From Gnetum montanum (lineage: Eukaryota > Plantae > Gnetophyta): a stretch of DNA of 64,000 nucleotides. The stretch's first letter is position 1, and each line of letters starts with the position of its first letter. Of the stretch, positions 12,821 through 26,978 are shown one piece after another. Location of the stretch: assembly GCA_015680685.1 (NCBI GenBank), contig MNCI01002984.1:254221-318220 (forward strand), read 5' to 3'. Under the pieces are notes generated by a model that was given only the letters and a program-made list of their open reading frames with translations, had not been told where the DNA came from and did not search any database. A program made the position numbers and the translations under genes.

Positions 12821-15800
12821 ATGAGCATAAAAATTGATAAGGGGGATCTTTTCATAAGGAGATGGAATATATTCTTTCCCATCCTTATGTATGATTTTGA
12901 ATTGGTTTTTAGCATCAGATTCAGAGTGTGGTATGAGAAAACTGGACTATATCTTGACACAAAGGAAATTATAGAATTTCTCATTGATGACCACAAAGTA
13001 TAGGTTCTTGTCCCTTTGTTGGAGTGAATGTCTTCGCTATATGACTATAGGGTCTTTTGGGTCATAGATGTGAATTGCATCTTGGCTGGAGGCCATGTAA
13101 GGCCTAGTGGTAATATAGTTGATCTATGAAAAGGCATTAACTAAGTTCTCAACTAGTTTTTGAGTTAATAGTTTTAGTAGGCAAAATTGCTTCATGTACA
13201 AATGGCTTTGGCTATGGAATGGTATGAAAACTGCAACTACTGGTGTAGTGCAGATTGCAATGGTAGTATTGTACACTGCACTAGTAAAAATTAATTAATT
13301 AATTTTTTTAAATTTTTGCAACTGTAAGTGCAGTGTAAATGGTAGTGATAGTGCTAGATGCTACACTGGTAAAAATACAAAATTAATTAATTATACATTT
13401 TTTTAGGTTTTCAAGTATGAGTAGAGGCTTACATTGCAATAGGTTATTCGAAGAAATTGATGGGACCAATGTCATAGGCAAGTTTTCAGTTTTTGCACTG
13501 GGTTCACTTCATCCAACTTGGATTGGTAAAACTACATTGGTTTTTGGTTTTGGAAAAAGACATTGGGTTTTCAGAAAGTATGTTGGGCCAACAAAAATAT
13601 GTTGGGATTCAAAAATACATTGGGCTTTAGATGCACACCTAAAATCCAATTTTGTGAAATTTGAAGTGCAACTTTTGCGAAGCTTTAAAAAGTCCAACAC
13701 TTAACGAAAACATTAGTGAAGGCCAAACTTGTTGCAATTTTATATACTAGGATTTGAAAATTCCAACAGTTGTTGGAAAAATAGAAAATAAATCCAAACT
13801 TGCTATAATTTTTATGTTGAGCTTTAAAATGTCTAGCACTTGTGAAAATTTAAATATGCAAAAAATGGTTGTTGCTAATCTATTGAATTTTGAAAAGATA
13901 TGAGATGTTTTTCCTTAAAAAATGTACATAGGTTTTAATTAAGAAATTAGGAAATGTGTTGTTTTTCTCAAAGATAGATTGGGCATTTTGCCAAAGATAT
14001 GCTAACTTTATGAGGAAAAGTGTGTTTGGTTTTGTTGGAAAAAGTAAGGCTTTGGAAAACTATGTTGGGTCTACCAAAAAAATGCAATGAAAAATTTTAA
14101 ATGGTTGCAAGTGGATGGTAGCTAGAAAAGATACATTGGCCTTTGGAAAATCCAAAGGTCAAGAATTTAAAAACCAAATGTTGCAAGTTGTAGAGGAAAA
14201 TACTCTGGCTTTTAAAAGTCCAACTGCTGTTGTGGAATTTGTAGGAACACCCAAACTAACTGCAAAAAATATGCTCCGTATAAATTGCAATAGAATGGGT
14301 GGCTGCACTAGTTTTTGACAAGATTTCAATGTAAAATTTAAAAGTTTTAAGCTATAAAAATTTGTTTCAGACAAGGCCAAAGAAGATTAGGCAAAGAACT
14401 TGGATAGAGGCCCTTGTAGCACTAGAAACTATTATGCCTAAAAAATTTGGTGCTGGAAAACTAAAAATTCTAGGTGGACTAATTTAACTTCAGATCCCAA
14501 GGGCCTCTAAGAAGAGGATCCGAAGCACCCTAGACGATCTTGTTGATTAAGTATGAAACAACATAGTTAAATTAAATGAAAAATGTAAATTTAACCTAAG
14601 AGAAAGCACAAGAATTAACTTGAAACAAACTTGCACAAACAAATGAACTGTAAATTTTATTAAAACAATAAAATGTTGATGGAATAGAGATCAAGTGAGT
14701 ACAATTGTGTGCTTAGGTGCACAAGGAGTTTTTCAAATGATGCTTGAAGTCTAGAGAAACTAGCACCATGGGGTACTCATGTGGAGTGACTTACATAGGG
14801 ATTGAACATGTACTAGGAGCAAAGTTTCTATTGTTTATGAATCATATTCTGATGGTAGTGTAGCAATCCTCTAATTACTAAAGAAAAAATAGAGAATCAT
14901 TAGATAATAATATGTTTTGGATGCTAAGTTCTCTCTTGTTCATAGTCATAGAACAAGGTCATTATGTTGATGCATAATAGGTATCCATCACCAAAAATCA
15001 TTATTAGTTGGGAAGACTATTTTTTAAAGGTATAGTGCCATAAGACATGAATAAGTTGATAAACAATGATTCATGAATGTCTAAATGTGATAGTGTGTCA
15101 TGTACTTGTATTATTCTTTTGAATGCAATATACTTAAGTTATCACCCAATATCTTGATATTTACTAAGCACTAATACCTTAGTTATTCTTCTATCACAAA
15201 ATTTTTTTTACTATTTTTTCCTTCTTTTAACTTTACTCCCTTTTCTATGATCTTTTTATTAAAATTTTTTGAACAATGATTTCAACGTAGGATGTACAAG
15301 AGGGTGCAACTCACAATAATTTGAAGTCTTACTGTAGGATTCATTGCAAGTCACAATTAACTTGGAATCTTAATTTCTTAAAGTTAAGCACCTATGAAGG
15401 GATGCGACTTGTACTTGGTCACATTTTGAGAATTCATGTTTTAGGTTTTGGATAGTGCAAATGGCTGTGACTCGTAGCTTGTCACATTGTAATGCTATTC
15501 TTTTGAATTTTAAATAAGTGCAAATAACTACAACCTAAAATTGGTCACAATGTCATTTTTTAAAAAATTTATACTTCATGTTGCAATGAGCTATAACTCA
15601 CAATCCATCAAAATCCAATTAAAAAATAAAAAAAATAAAAGCATGTTTCAATAAAACAAAATTTTTGTTTCAATTGTAGAGCATTGTAGGTTACATTCCA
15701 GAGCTAACGTGAGTGACCATTACAAGCATACCCACTAGATATGTCCTATAAGCCTCCTTTCCTTTCCAAAATTCCTAAGGTAGGCTTCAAAACTCTTATT

Positions 15801-16599
15801 CTTTACTATTTTTTCTCTTGGATTTTTTGTTGTGCATTTTTACTACTAGATTTGGAACATTATTGTTGTTTTTGGAGTTGAATCAAGATTGTATGAATGA
15901 CTTGTGAACATTTGATGTTTCTCTTGGTTTGCTACTCTTTGTTTTTATCCTATTTCGAACATTTCTATGATTTTGTAGTAGTAGGTTATATTTTTGTTTT
16001 CTCTCTTCTCACTTTGGGGTTTTTTGTTCATGCTAAATACATAAGTAGGGATTAGGACAATGCTAGGGACTGTGGAAAAGAATTAGAACTTATGTACCTT
16101 TAAATTGCTATAGTTTTGGTTTTTTTAAGAATGAACTTAATTCTCTCTATTATAGCATCATAGTGCTAGGACTGTACATGCTTGAAACTCAATTTCACTT
16201 CTAGGAAGAGCATTAGGTGCAACTAGAGCTATCTTCCTTAAGATAATTTAATATTAAGCTAAATTTGTTTTTCTAAGTTAGAGCTATCTTGCATTGCATT
16301 ATGTCCTCAACTTAATGTACATTATTATGAAGAGTAATCATTGCATAGTTTAAATTTTCCATCAATCATGTATAGTTATTCATCATCTTTTCACTAGGTA
16401 ATTATATTGAGAACAATGTAGACCTAGTAGGGGGCATCAACAATGTTGAGATTTTTAAAATATGAGTGTCATGGTCATAGTTCTCTTTTCAGTTCCTTCC
16501 ATTTAATTGAACTATGTCTTTGGAATTTGAATTTTAGGTATTGTTGCATTTGTTTATGTTTAGTTATGCACTATATTATCTGTAGAAGATAATGATCTT

Positions 16600-17995
16600 C
16601 CCTATAGCAAGGAACTTCTTGTGCATCCTAGTGCAAAGGGGACATCTCCAGGGACAATGTTCAATGACTATGAATTTGATACCATAGAGATGTGCTCAAA
16701 AGAAGGAGCAAGAATGCACTCATAAGAAGCACATGGAGAACTTGGAGCATGAGTGCTGTGAGGCAAAGTTTCCTATGGTGCCATTCAGGGCACCTAGGAA
16801 CTTCAGGCCTTTGATAGAGCTAGTAAATTCACAAGTTATAGTAGCCTTAACAATGCATAATTTGGACTTTTTCTTGATCAGAGGTGAGGTGTTCTATGAG
16901 GAGGAGGCTTTTTAGTTCTCAATCATATTTTGGAGGACCTTCCCTACTTCTTGGATCATTCAAGTTGGCAATAGGTCCTACGACATCATCGAGGCCCTTA
17001 TTACCAAGGTCTTGGAGATAAAAGTAGGACCAAACAAATAACATATTGTGACAGCCTCATCAAAGTAAAAGATCTAGCTAGTAGAGATTTTTCTTGATGT
17101 AGCCATGGATAAGATGAGATGGTCTTATAAGAACTTTCCCCCTGAAAGAAGGATTCTTGTAAGGGCTATCATGATGAACTTCATGGGTAGCTCCCATTTC
17201 ACACATGTCATGTCCTTTGACATATTGGTGATTAGTGACTTAGAGGGTTCCTACATTCTTAATTACCCATACATTATTTTTTCTAGGATGGAGTTAGTGG
17301 TTCAAGATGATAGTGGGGTCTCTTTTCCATTAGTGGTATTAGCATTATATGGGCACTTCTAGATTTGGCCACCTACCTTACTCATCAAGGAGATTATCAC
17401 CTAGGGTGAGGACTAGTTCCCAAACTTAGGATGTGCCTTCTAAGTGTAGTAGTTACCTAGGGCATGCTCTTAGGAGGCTCAGTGGATCTAGGATCCATGG
17501 ATTCTAGGAGATGGTCACAAAGATGTTTGGGAGGCTAATTATGTCAATCTACAATAGAAGTAGCCATAGCAGTTGTAGGGTATGATAGGAGCAGATCCAG
17601 CTTTGGTGGGAGTTGAATCATGACACATGACCCATTTGGACATCCTTCAGGAAAATCTTATGACATAGTGTAATGATATGGAGGTGCGTCTTCATGCCTA
17701 TTGTGAAATATTAGAGAGGAGGCAGTATCATTTGGTCTCCAGTTTGGAGATCCTAAGATACCACTTATTCACTAGGATAAGGGATCTCCATCAGCCTATG
17801 AGTCATCAGAAGGTGGATGAATTGGTGGACCTAGAGTTTGCACCTATGGGATTCCTGATTACTAATGTATATTAGGTAGGAAAATTTGACCCTAGTTACT
17901 AGGTGGATAATGAGATTATAGAGTAAGATGTTACCTCAACCTCCTCCTTTAGTAGAGGCCCTTGCACCCCTACAGGGAAAGGCTCAACCCCTCTA
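16600..17995 (+). pseudogene. Decayed env-like/ORF3 accessory protein of element D
   Basis: Colinear + strand ORF pieces 16733-16915, 17105-17362, 17678-17875 between internal PPT and terminal PPT; candidate acceptor TCTGTAG just upstream. Confidence 0.5.
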
Positions 17996-18168
17996 ACTTG
18001 AGCATCCTTGTTTCCTACTTCTTCTTTTCCTTCTCTAGTTGTATGTTTTGGATGTTATAAGAGAGTGAACTATTTTGTTATCTTATCTCTATTTATGGTA
18101 TTTTCATTAATTCAAGTGCATTCTTCTACTCTCTTTTATCAAGACAATAAAAAGCTCGTTGGGGGCTA

Positions 18169-19071
18169 AGTTAGGATGTGAATTGATGTTCTTTGTGCTT
18201 GGTTTCCTTATTTTGCAAGCTTGGGTGGGTAATTGGAAGCTCATGCGACTCAAAACCACCTATATTGTAGAGTCTCAACTCATAAGATGAGTTCTAGTAA
18301 ATTTGCAACTCATCAAGGGAACAATGCTCATCCTATGGTCAATAGGAGTTGAATTCTAGCATTAGAGGACTGAAGAGCAAGGGGAGTTAGCGTCAAGTGG
18401 AGATGATGGTAGCAAAGAAGAAGTATCTACATTGGATAAGATACCACTAGCACATTGGATAAGAAGAAGTATCTACATTGGATAAGAAAATCCATTAGTG
18501 TGGGCTCCTACAACTTGCACCCATGTCACAGTCATTATAAATCTTTCCCACTTAGTTCAACAATTCGGTCATTTGGATTTGAATGCTCAACTATTGGGAA
18601 TGGTTAAGTAAGATTATTGATCATAGTAGCTTGCAATAGTTGACTAACTTGGAGATTCTTCTTCAAATAGGAAGCTGTGACCTATACGTAGCCATAACCA
18701 TTAGCCGAAAGTTATTTTAATCATCAACTAAAGTCATTTTTATAGCGATTTGGAGTGGAACTACAAGAGGAATTTTGAAGATATATAGAGAGGATAGACA
18801 AACAAAGATATATATAGATACATAAAGAATAGGATATAGATATTTATAGAATTTGTAGATCTAAGATTAAAGTTATTCATGATTGTTGTAATGAGAATTA
18901 TATTCTAAGATTGATGATTGAATGATATTGTATGTGTTCTTGTTAGAGTGAATTAATGTTAAATTTTGTATAACATAATTTTGGCACCTTACCCTAATGT
19001 AATCTACGGTCCTCTGTTTGATTGACTTCTATGTTCTACAATGCAAGCACTAACAGAAAAGAACTATAACA
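18169..19071 (+). repeat. 3' LTR of element D
   Basis: Follows the GGGGG tract; termini (T)GTTAG...ATAACA; B-family LTR sequence resumes at 19072. Confidence 0.55.
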
Positions 19072-19903
19072 ATGTGTGACCTAATCATATTCCACAGATG
19101 ATTAATGTAAGTATGCTAGTGTTTGTGGTCATTATCTTCTCACGTTAAGTTAACAAAGTATGAGTTGTATGGTTTAAATTTTGATGAAGCATATGATATG
19201 CTGATGTTTTTTGGATTTAATTATCCTAAGTGCCAACATAATAATAGTAAAGATAAAGTATAAGGATAAAATCTAAATCTAAGTATAACACAAATGTAAA
19301 TTTGATCTAGCCTATGAATGATAAGTATCCATTCCTAGCTTGTTGTACATGTCTTGGATTTATATAAGCATCATTGGAATTACTAAGTGAGTCCACTACT
19401 GAGAAAATTAAGTAAACTCACTACTAGGTTACCAAACCATTACACTTCATGCTTGAAACTATTTGCACTTATCTTGCCTTACTAAAAGATGTTGAAAAAG
19501 TAAAGTACTTAGAAAATGTAAATGACTCCAAAAAAATTAAACATGTCGAAAAGTAAAATTAAGCTAAGTAAAAATGTGCTAAGTGGAATGATGCAATGTT
19601 GAAAAACAATCGAGATATTTATTTTCAATCATGAATTTTGTCCAAGAATAATCCCCTTAAACAAAGATTCTATATGATTGTTAAACATCACATTACAAAC
19701 ATTCAATCTATTGCTAAGTCTAAATCAGAAAAACCTATTGCAAGAATTTAGCTAAGTGTTGGAAAAAATGTTCATTTCCAAATGACAGTGGTTTGGTATT
19801 TATAAGTATGATCATGACCCACTACATTACTTCAATGATGACGTATGCACAACTACGACATCATAAATATGATATCTTAGTGGATTAACATAAGGTTTTA
19901 TCA
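19072..19903 (-). repeat. 3' LTR of B1 (about 50 bp displaced by element D)
   Basis: Aligns with 38995-39630, 44555-45209 and 47157-47476; ends TTTATCA before the PPT. Confidence 0.85.
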
Positions 19904-19915
19904 TACCCCCACAAG
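19904..19915 (-). other. Polypurine tract of B1
   Basis: Minus strand CTTGTGGGGGTA directly before TGATAAA; same at 45210-45221. Confidence 0.75.
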
Positions 19916-20129
19916 TGATTGGAAAGTTGTCTTCAAGTTAAAACAAAAGTAGGATAGAGTTCCTTACAAACTTTTTCTAGTTATTTATAGAGCTAGACAT
20001 GATGAATTATATACATGATTAACTCTCCTATGAATGGCACATTATGGTTTGATTGGTGTTTACAAAATCATCATGCATTGCATGATTGACACAATTGACA
20101 AAATAAAATAAAAAAACAAAGCTTGATGT

Positions 20130-20830
20130 AGCCTTTACATTCTAGGTAGTGGTAGCTTCTCCATTGGCTTCTTTTCTTTTTCCTTAGGCTTCTAAAATTG
20201 GTACATGTTGAGTAGCAATTGAAGCTTTTCTTGAAGCATGTACCATCTAGGTGAATTTAGCAATGTTGACTCCGATGTTAGGAAGATTCAGTGCCTTGTC
20301 TATTACTTTAACTGAATATAGCATTGTGATTCCTTCAATCTTAATAGTGGCATCATCCTACTTACTCTTCTAGAATTGGTATACTTCCCCTTGGTACCAT
20401 TCACCATTGCATGATAGTGTGAGCCAAGAAGGAGAGGCTTGGAGTTGCTCTTAGATATTAGCATATGCAAACTCAATGAATGGTCCAAAATTAAATTCTA
20501 TGATGACTATGGACATGATGGAATTTTCTTGAATAGCTTAGAGGCACTCATTTGATAGTGTGAGACATTGTCCTTACTCTTGAGTAGGTGGGGCCTCATC
20601 TTCCACTTGTGAAAATTGCTCCATCATAGGTGTAGCCTCATGGATGCTGTAAGACTGGACCTCTTGCTCAACTTGTAAAGTTTTTTCCCTAGCTTGTTCT
20701 CTTCCTCTCAATTTTTTGTCTCTTCATTATGAGGATCCTTTAGTTGTGGGGTTCTTTAGGAGCCATCTGTAATCATAAGAATCTAGTTAAATTAATCAAA
20801 GATTTCAAATAAGTTCCTAATGGTTCATGA
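20130..20830 (-). pseudogene. Short env-like/ORF3 remnant of B1
   Basis: Reads ..CNGEWYQGEVYQF..DDATIKIEGITMLYSVKVIDKALNLP; homologous copy at 45440-46175. Confidence 0.55.
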
Positions 20831-23139
20831 TCCTCTCTTGGGTTCTTGGATTTCATAAAAATCTATCCTTATTACTACTTTTTAGCTCTTATTAAGATTT
20901 TCAAGTTAGAAAAATTTGAAAAGAAGCCCTTAATTTTTGTATTTTCTAACGGTTATGAACAAGTTATTCCTTTATGATCTCTCATAATTGTTATTTTGTT
21001 GTTTAAATTGTATTTGAATGGTTAATTGGAAAGAAAAATTAAGTTTATTAGCTTTTAGTGAGTTATTTAGTTTAAATGTGATCAATTATTATTTTTCTTA
21101 TCCTTAATATGTTTTTCTATGCATTAGAAAGTTTTGATGCTAATTGTACAAATTACGTGCAACACTCTCCCCCATGACTAAGTTGGTCACTTCATCATTA
21201 AGAGAGTTCAAGAATCATGAAAATTAGAGCTATAAAAAGGAAGTTATGAAGCTCTAAAGTTTGGTTTCTAGAGGGTTAAAAAAATGGCATGAACTCCCTT
21301 TGTATGAAATGAGAAGAATGATTTTTTTTTAACTCACACATGTATATATAGGATTTTATAATGGATACATTAAAGATATGACATCATCAATGTGATGTCG
21401 TAGGATATTTTGAGTGATTTTTGATAGAAAAATTAAGTGAAATTGATAGTCTAGAAGGTACGAATGCATTACAAAGGGTTCTTAATCATGGATGAGGCTT
21501 AGAATGTAAGGATTTGTCAATATTAAGTGTGTAAGATGAGGAATTTCTGAATGTAAGTTACTATTTGGGCAAGGTAAGTTGATTAGTTTTGTAGGAGATG
21601 GTTGGTAGGAATTGCCAAATGTATGATTGAATTTGAGTATATAGGAAAAACAATAATGGTCATTTAAGTATTCTGAAGGTACAAGATGATGTGGAATTGG
21701 TCATCAAGTATAAAGCACAAGAATTATACAGCTGGAGCCTCCCTAGAGTAGGCTCCAACCCTTGGTGCCCTTGTATAACCACACCTACAAGTGTCCGTAG
21801 GTACTCAAGCAATTGAATGTAAAACATATCTATCTACCAAGATACATGTGTGATTATTTATGTAATGAGAAAATAATACTATATTATAAAAATCCATTAA
21901 TATAATATTGTATATAGCAATTAGGTAAAATGGAAGTTACAGGAATTGCAAAATATGGGACATGAGGTGTCTTACCATAGGCATAATGAAGTCTATGTGT
22001 GATGCATGGTTAAATTAATCATTAGCCCTTCCATCCAAGATCTAAACCAAGTCTATACTACTTACCAATGACATCGCATTGCATCATCCCAAAACTTACA
22101 ACCAAAATACTACCATAACTATAAGGGGCATTAGCACTTGGTAATGAAGTTCAAGGAAGTAGTTTATTAATAGCATACTTTATTCATTATTTGTTTTAAA
22201 GGAGACTTGACCATTGGATAGAGGAGTGCCTTTAGGCATGGGTAACATGCTTTTCTAGCCCTATAACCAATGAAAGTAGAAAAAAAAACCTTGAAATTTC
22301 TAAGAAGTTGCCTATGTTTAGACATGGGTAACATGTCTTTCTAGTGAAACTGCCATAAATTTTTATTTTATGAATTTATTAGGTTATTAGATCTTACTAG
22401 AGGACTACCTTCAAGCATGAATAACATGTCTTTCTAGTGACATGGCAAGGCAACACTTATTTAAGACATACTTTCATTTTTTGTTAGAAGTCAAGTACAT
22501 AATAAGACTTAATAGTAGAATATAATTTATAGTAGTAGCTTTAAAGAATCCATAATTTCCCTTAATGCCATACTATTTCCATTCCCACTTGGTTCTTCAC
22601 TCTTCCATTCAAGCATAATGATCACAAGTTTATTTTAGTTTGATTGTGAATAGAATGTCATTATGGCCATGATATGAACCTCTTATTATTGGAAATAAGT
22701 TGATGAAGGATGTGGTATCAATGTAAATATAATCAATCCTTTAATGATTTCACAACATAGGGTGAAATTCTCATTATTTGGACTACATCTTGTTTTATTC
22801 CTTTATAATTTATTAGAAAAATCAACAAAAATATATACATGAAAGATAGTGAAAAATCATAAAAAGTGATAAGAATGGAAAAATATATAAATAATTGAAA
22901 AGATATCAAAGAATGAAAGATAATTAAAAATGGAAAAAGTAGAAAAGAATGGAAAAGATATTAAAGAATGTAACGATTGGTAAGAAAAGTAGAAAGTATA
23001 AAAATATAAGGAGAATTAATGCCCAAGTGTCAAAATTGAAACCCCCACAACTATCATTACAAGTGAAGATATGGAAGACTGAATGGGTAGTGATCAGTTT
23101 TGTAGATAAGGTAGAGTCCTTGAAAGAGTAGACAAAGTT

Positions 23140-26100
23140 ACAGTATGATTTTTCTTGTTGAATATTAACAAGAATAAGTTTTGTGTAGTTATTTGGTGAT
23201 ATATTTGCATGGTGGCTAATTGGTATGTAGTATGGATGGTATAAGGTCCCTCTCATAAATTTTGAAACTTAGTATTTTGTGAGACATGATTGGGATTATA
23301 GTAAAGGACTTTATTACCAAGCTTGATAGATACTTTTCTTATTTTAGCGTCATGTCTACATTTGGGGTACTTTTTGTGGACTTTATTACTTATCTAAGCT
23401 ACCAATTGATTTTCATATAAGATATTGAGATTCATTAGACATTTTCTTTGAGCTAAGCTTAAGTCTAGGTCAAGAGTATTACCAGTGAAAAGGGTATTTA
23501 GTTCTACTTGTATTGGAAAGGCAAGTAATTTATCATAAGCTAGTTCATATGGTGAATATCCTATATGAAGTTGCTAGGTTGATCTATATGCCCACATAGC
23601 ATAAATAAGTTTAGTGCACTAGTCCTTCCTATAATGACCAATGGTTCTAGTTAATATTCTTGCGATTTCCCTATTAGTCACTTTTACTTGATCATTTGCT
23701 TAGGGGTGATAAGGTATAGTTGGTTTGTGATTAACCCCAAGTTGTTGCATTAGCTTCCTAAATGTAGCTTTTTTGAAGTGAGTCTTGTTATCCAGTATGA
23801 GTATGTATGGTACTTTGAATCTATTCTTCACATGTTGCTAAAAAAAATTGGTAGTTGTTTTAGCTGTACAATCTTTCACTCCAGTTTCTTCTACCTACTT
23901 TATGCAATAATCAATAATTACTATAATTGACATTGACGTGATGCGACCTATGAAATCAATTTGTTACATGTCAAAGGGTTCTAATGATTGTATTCATTGA
24001 TGTGACACTTTAATTCTAGCTATCAGTCATCCATATTGTTGGCATTTTCACAAGACTGTGTAAATTGATGTGTATCCCTAAATATGGTAGGCCAAAATTA
24101 ATCTATCATCAATAGTTTTAGTGTTGTTCTTTGTCCTACGTAGTGATCACCACATGGTCCCTCATGTGCATCTTGTAGGATTCTTTGTTGAATTTTCTCT
24201 AGAACACACCATCTTATCAACCCATCAGCACATATCTTGTAAAGGTTTCCATTAATTTTCATATATCTTTTTACTTTGTGGAGGAACCATTCCTTATGTT
24301 TCTTATTCCATTTAATAGGAAGTTCTTGTTTAGTAAGATATGTTATGCAATTAGTAGTCCATGACTTATGTTCTGAGTCTATAGCCATTATAGGCTTAGT
24401 GAATAAATTTTCATTGAGAAATTGGTCTAATATTTGTTCATCATTTTTCTAAGGTTCCTATCTTAGCCTTGATAAATTATTTGTTGCAACATTTTCATTT
24501 CCTTTCTTATCAATCATTGTAATGTCAAATTCTTGTAAGATAATGAGTCATCTTATTACTCTAGGACTAATTGCTAGTTTATTCATTTAAAATTTGATGG
24601 CACTATTATCAGTATGGACATAGATAGGATAAGTGAGCACATAGTATCTAAATTTCTCAAGTACATACACCATAGTCATGAGTTTCTTTTCTATGATGGT
24701 ATAATTAATTTGTGCTAGGTGATGCTTCAACTAGGGCAATGTATATAATAAGGTCTTTTTTAATCATTAAGTTTAGTTAGTTTTAATCCTAATTCCTAGT
24801 GTGAAGCATCTATCATAATGTACAAAGGATTGGATCAATCTAGAGGTCAAAGGATTTATGTCTCAATTAGTTTCTATTTTAAGGTTTTAAATGTTTTCTT
24901 ACATTGGTGCATCTTTCTTAGTTAATTCCACTAGAAATTTTGTAATCTTTTAAAAATTTTCAATAAATCTCCTATAATATCTTGTAGCGAAGGAATGATC
25001 AGACATCTTTGAAAGTTTGTGGTGTCTAGGTGATATTTTGAATGACTCTGATCTTTTCTAGATCTACTTCTATTCGTTTATGAGATACTTTATGCCCTAG
25101 AACTATACCATCTTAAACCATTAGGTAGCCTTTTTGTCAATTGAGCTTTAGATTAGTTTTTACACATCTTTTTAAAACTTACTCTAAAAATCTAGCCTGT
25201 ACATGGAAAATTCATTCATAAAAACTTCAAATCCATTGTCAATCTACTTCTAAAAGATACTTAGTACAAGTCTTTGGAAGGTAGCAAGAGCATTTCACAA
25301 GCCAAAGGGCATTTTCTTGTATGTAATCATCCTCTATGGATTGGTGAACATGGTCTCGTTTTTTTAATCTTATGATGCAATGTAGATTTGGTTATACCTA
25401 CTATATATATCCAGGAAGCTATAGCACTAGTGTCTTGCAATGGTGCTTAGGACTTTGTCAAAAAATGATAGAGGAAAATGATCCTTGAATGTTACCACAT
25501 TCAACAATCAGAAATCAAGGTAGACCCTCCACTTGCCACCTTTCTTTGAAACAATGACTAATGAACTAACCCATTCACTATTTGGTATGGACTAGATGAA
25601 CCCAGCTTTTAATAATTTTTCCAACTCTTGTTTGAAAACTTATTTAATTTTAAGGTTCAATCTTCTTTGATGTTGGCAATGTGATTTAACGGATGGATTT
25701 GTATAGATTTGGTGTTGATATATGTGTGGATTAATACAAGTGATTTTGTGATAGGACTATGCAAATGCAGTAGGCCATTTATTCACCACTTCCAATAGTT
25801 TTCTTTTCTTCTCTTTATCATGTTTTGCATTTATGATTATCAATTTTTTTATTATTCAGGAAATCATACTCAAGTGCATTTAGTAGGACCTTCAGTTCAA
25901 TGGGTTCTAGTTTGTACTTCTCTAGTATCTCTAACTTTTCCTATTCAATATCTTCATCCTAATGTGATTCCATGTAAGGAGGTTGTCTTCTTAACTATTC
26001 TAACTCATCAATTTCTTTGACATAGGAACTAGTGATTTTATTCAATGATTCTATGCATGTATTAGATTCTACTTCTTTTTTAGTGATCAGTCAATGGGTG

Positions 26101-26970
26101 CCTTCTTGTCAAGTGGTTGCTGCATATATGCACTTTTGCACACACGTCTTCTACACATCTATTGCATGCTATAATGACATCACGTTTTGTAGTCTAGATC
26201 TTTTACACATAATTACATCCATTATCATTGTATGCAATACATGGAACTTTGTGTCTCTAGATAATTTTAGCTTCATCTTCCTTAGAGATTTCAAAGGACA
26301 TGTCTCTAATTCTAAGCTTAGTGTCCACAATGCTAAGCCATGCTCTTCTCATGATTATTGGAAATTCTCTTTTATTCTTTCTCATGTGGATGACTAGACA
26401 ATTAGTAGGATAAGACTAGCTACATATGGTAGTGATAACATCCTCCACTTGTCCAAGTGAAATAGCAATGGACTGGTCTACAAGCTCTAATCATATGTTA
26501 CTCTTCTTCAACAAGGAAAGATTCCAGGCCTTATATATATCTTGTGTAATGAGGTTTACTCCTAACCCAAAGTTTAAGAAAGCCTTGCATGGTTTATGTC
26601 CTACTATTTAGAGGTAAACTAAGAGATTTCCAAGATTTGTTCTTTTCTTGGGAAGAACTCCTAATTTAATGTAATGCATTACATTTTGAGTGAGCATGAT
26701 AGTTATCATATTCTTATCTATGGATATCAGAAGCATAGTGTTTCCTTAAGAGTTTTGTATAGATGGAATAAACTTAAGTGAAGTTTCCATCCTTTGAATC
26801 TTTTCTGGAATTATCCTCAAAAAGGATGTTACATCCTCTTGTGTTTTGACTACCTTAGTAGCACTCTTTTATTTGCATGACTAGTGGTGGTATTCATGGT
26901 AAAGTGTTAGGAGTTTGAAGTAAGGAACCAACTACTAGTTAGAACATGTAAGAATTTGGATTCATCCATG
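23140..26970 (-). pseudogene. B1 pol (protease, RT, RNase H, integrase), decayed
   Basis: Integrase ILQDAHEGPCGDHYVGQRTTLK (24098-24388) and GPY motif near 23250; RT SEWVSSLVIVSKKGGKWRVYLDF at ~25515-25580; protease region 26400-26620. Confidence 0.9.
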
Positions 26971-26978
26971 ACTCAGTT

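Larger units (their letters stand above)
4340..14780 (-). mobile_element. Ogre/Tat-type Ty3/Gypsy element C: gag+protease only, no RT/RNaseH/integrase
   Basis: Homologous terminal blocks ~4340-4800 and ~14310-14780 (LTR-like, diverged); Ogre-type gag and protease motifs at 9790-12300; tandem arrays at 5300-9480. Exact ends not resolved. Confidence 0.7.
14780..19071 (+). mobile_element. 3' portion of + strand Gypsy element D (non-coding region, env-like ORF, PPT, 3' LTR)
   Basis: Possible integrase tail IVYESYSDGSVAI at ~14830; PPT-type ATTGAGAACAATGT...AGTAGGGGG at 16405-16434 and AAGACAAT...GTTGGGGG at 18141-18165; LTR-like segment ending TAACA at 19071. Confidence 0.55.

Noticed and set aside
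14290-14312. Possible PBS of element C (minus TAGTGCAGCCACCC)
   Set aside because: Position is plausible but I cannot match it confidently to a tRNA 3' end
18412-18490. Short repeat AAGAAGAAGTATCTACATTGGATAAG
   Set aside because: Simple local duplication inside an LTR
21695-21706. TCATCA as the end of a ~2.7-kb B LTR
   Set aside because: Homology with B3 continues past it, and the PPT at 19904 defines the LTR boundary at 19903
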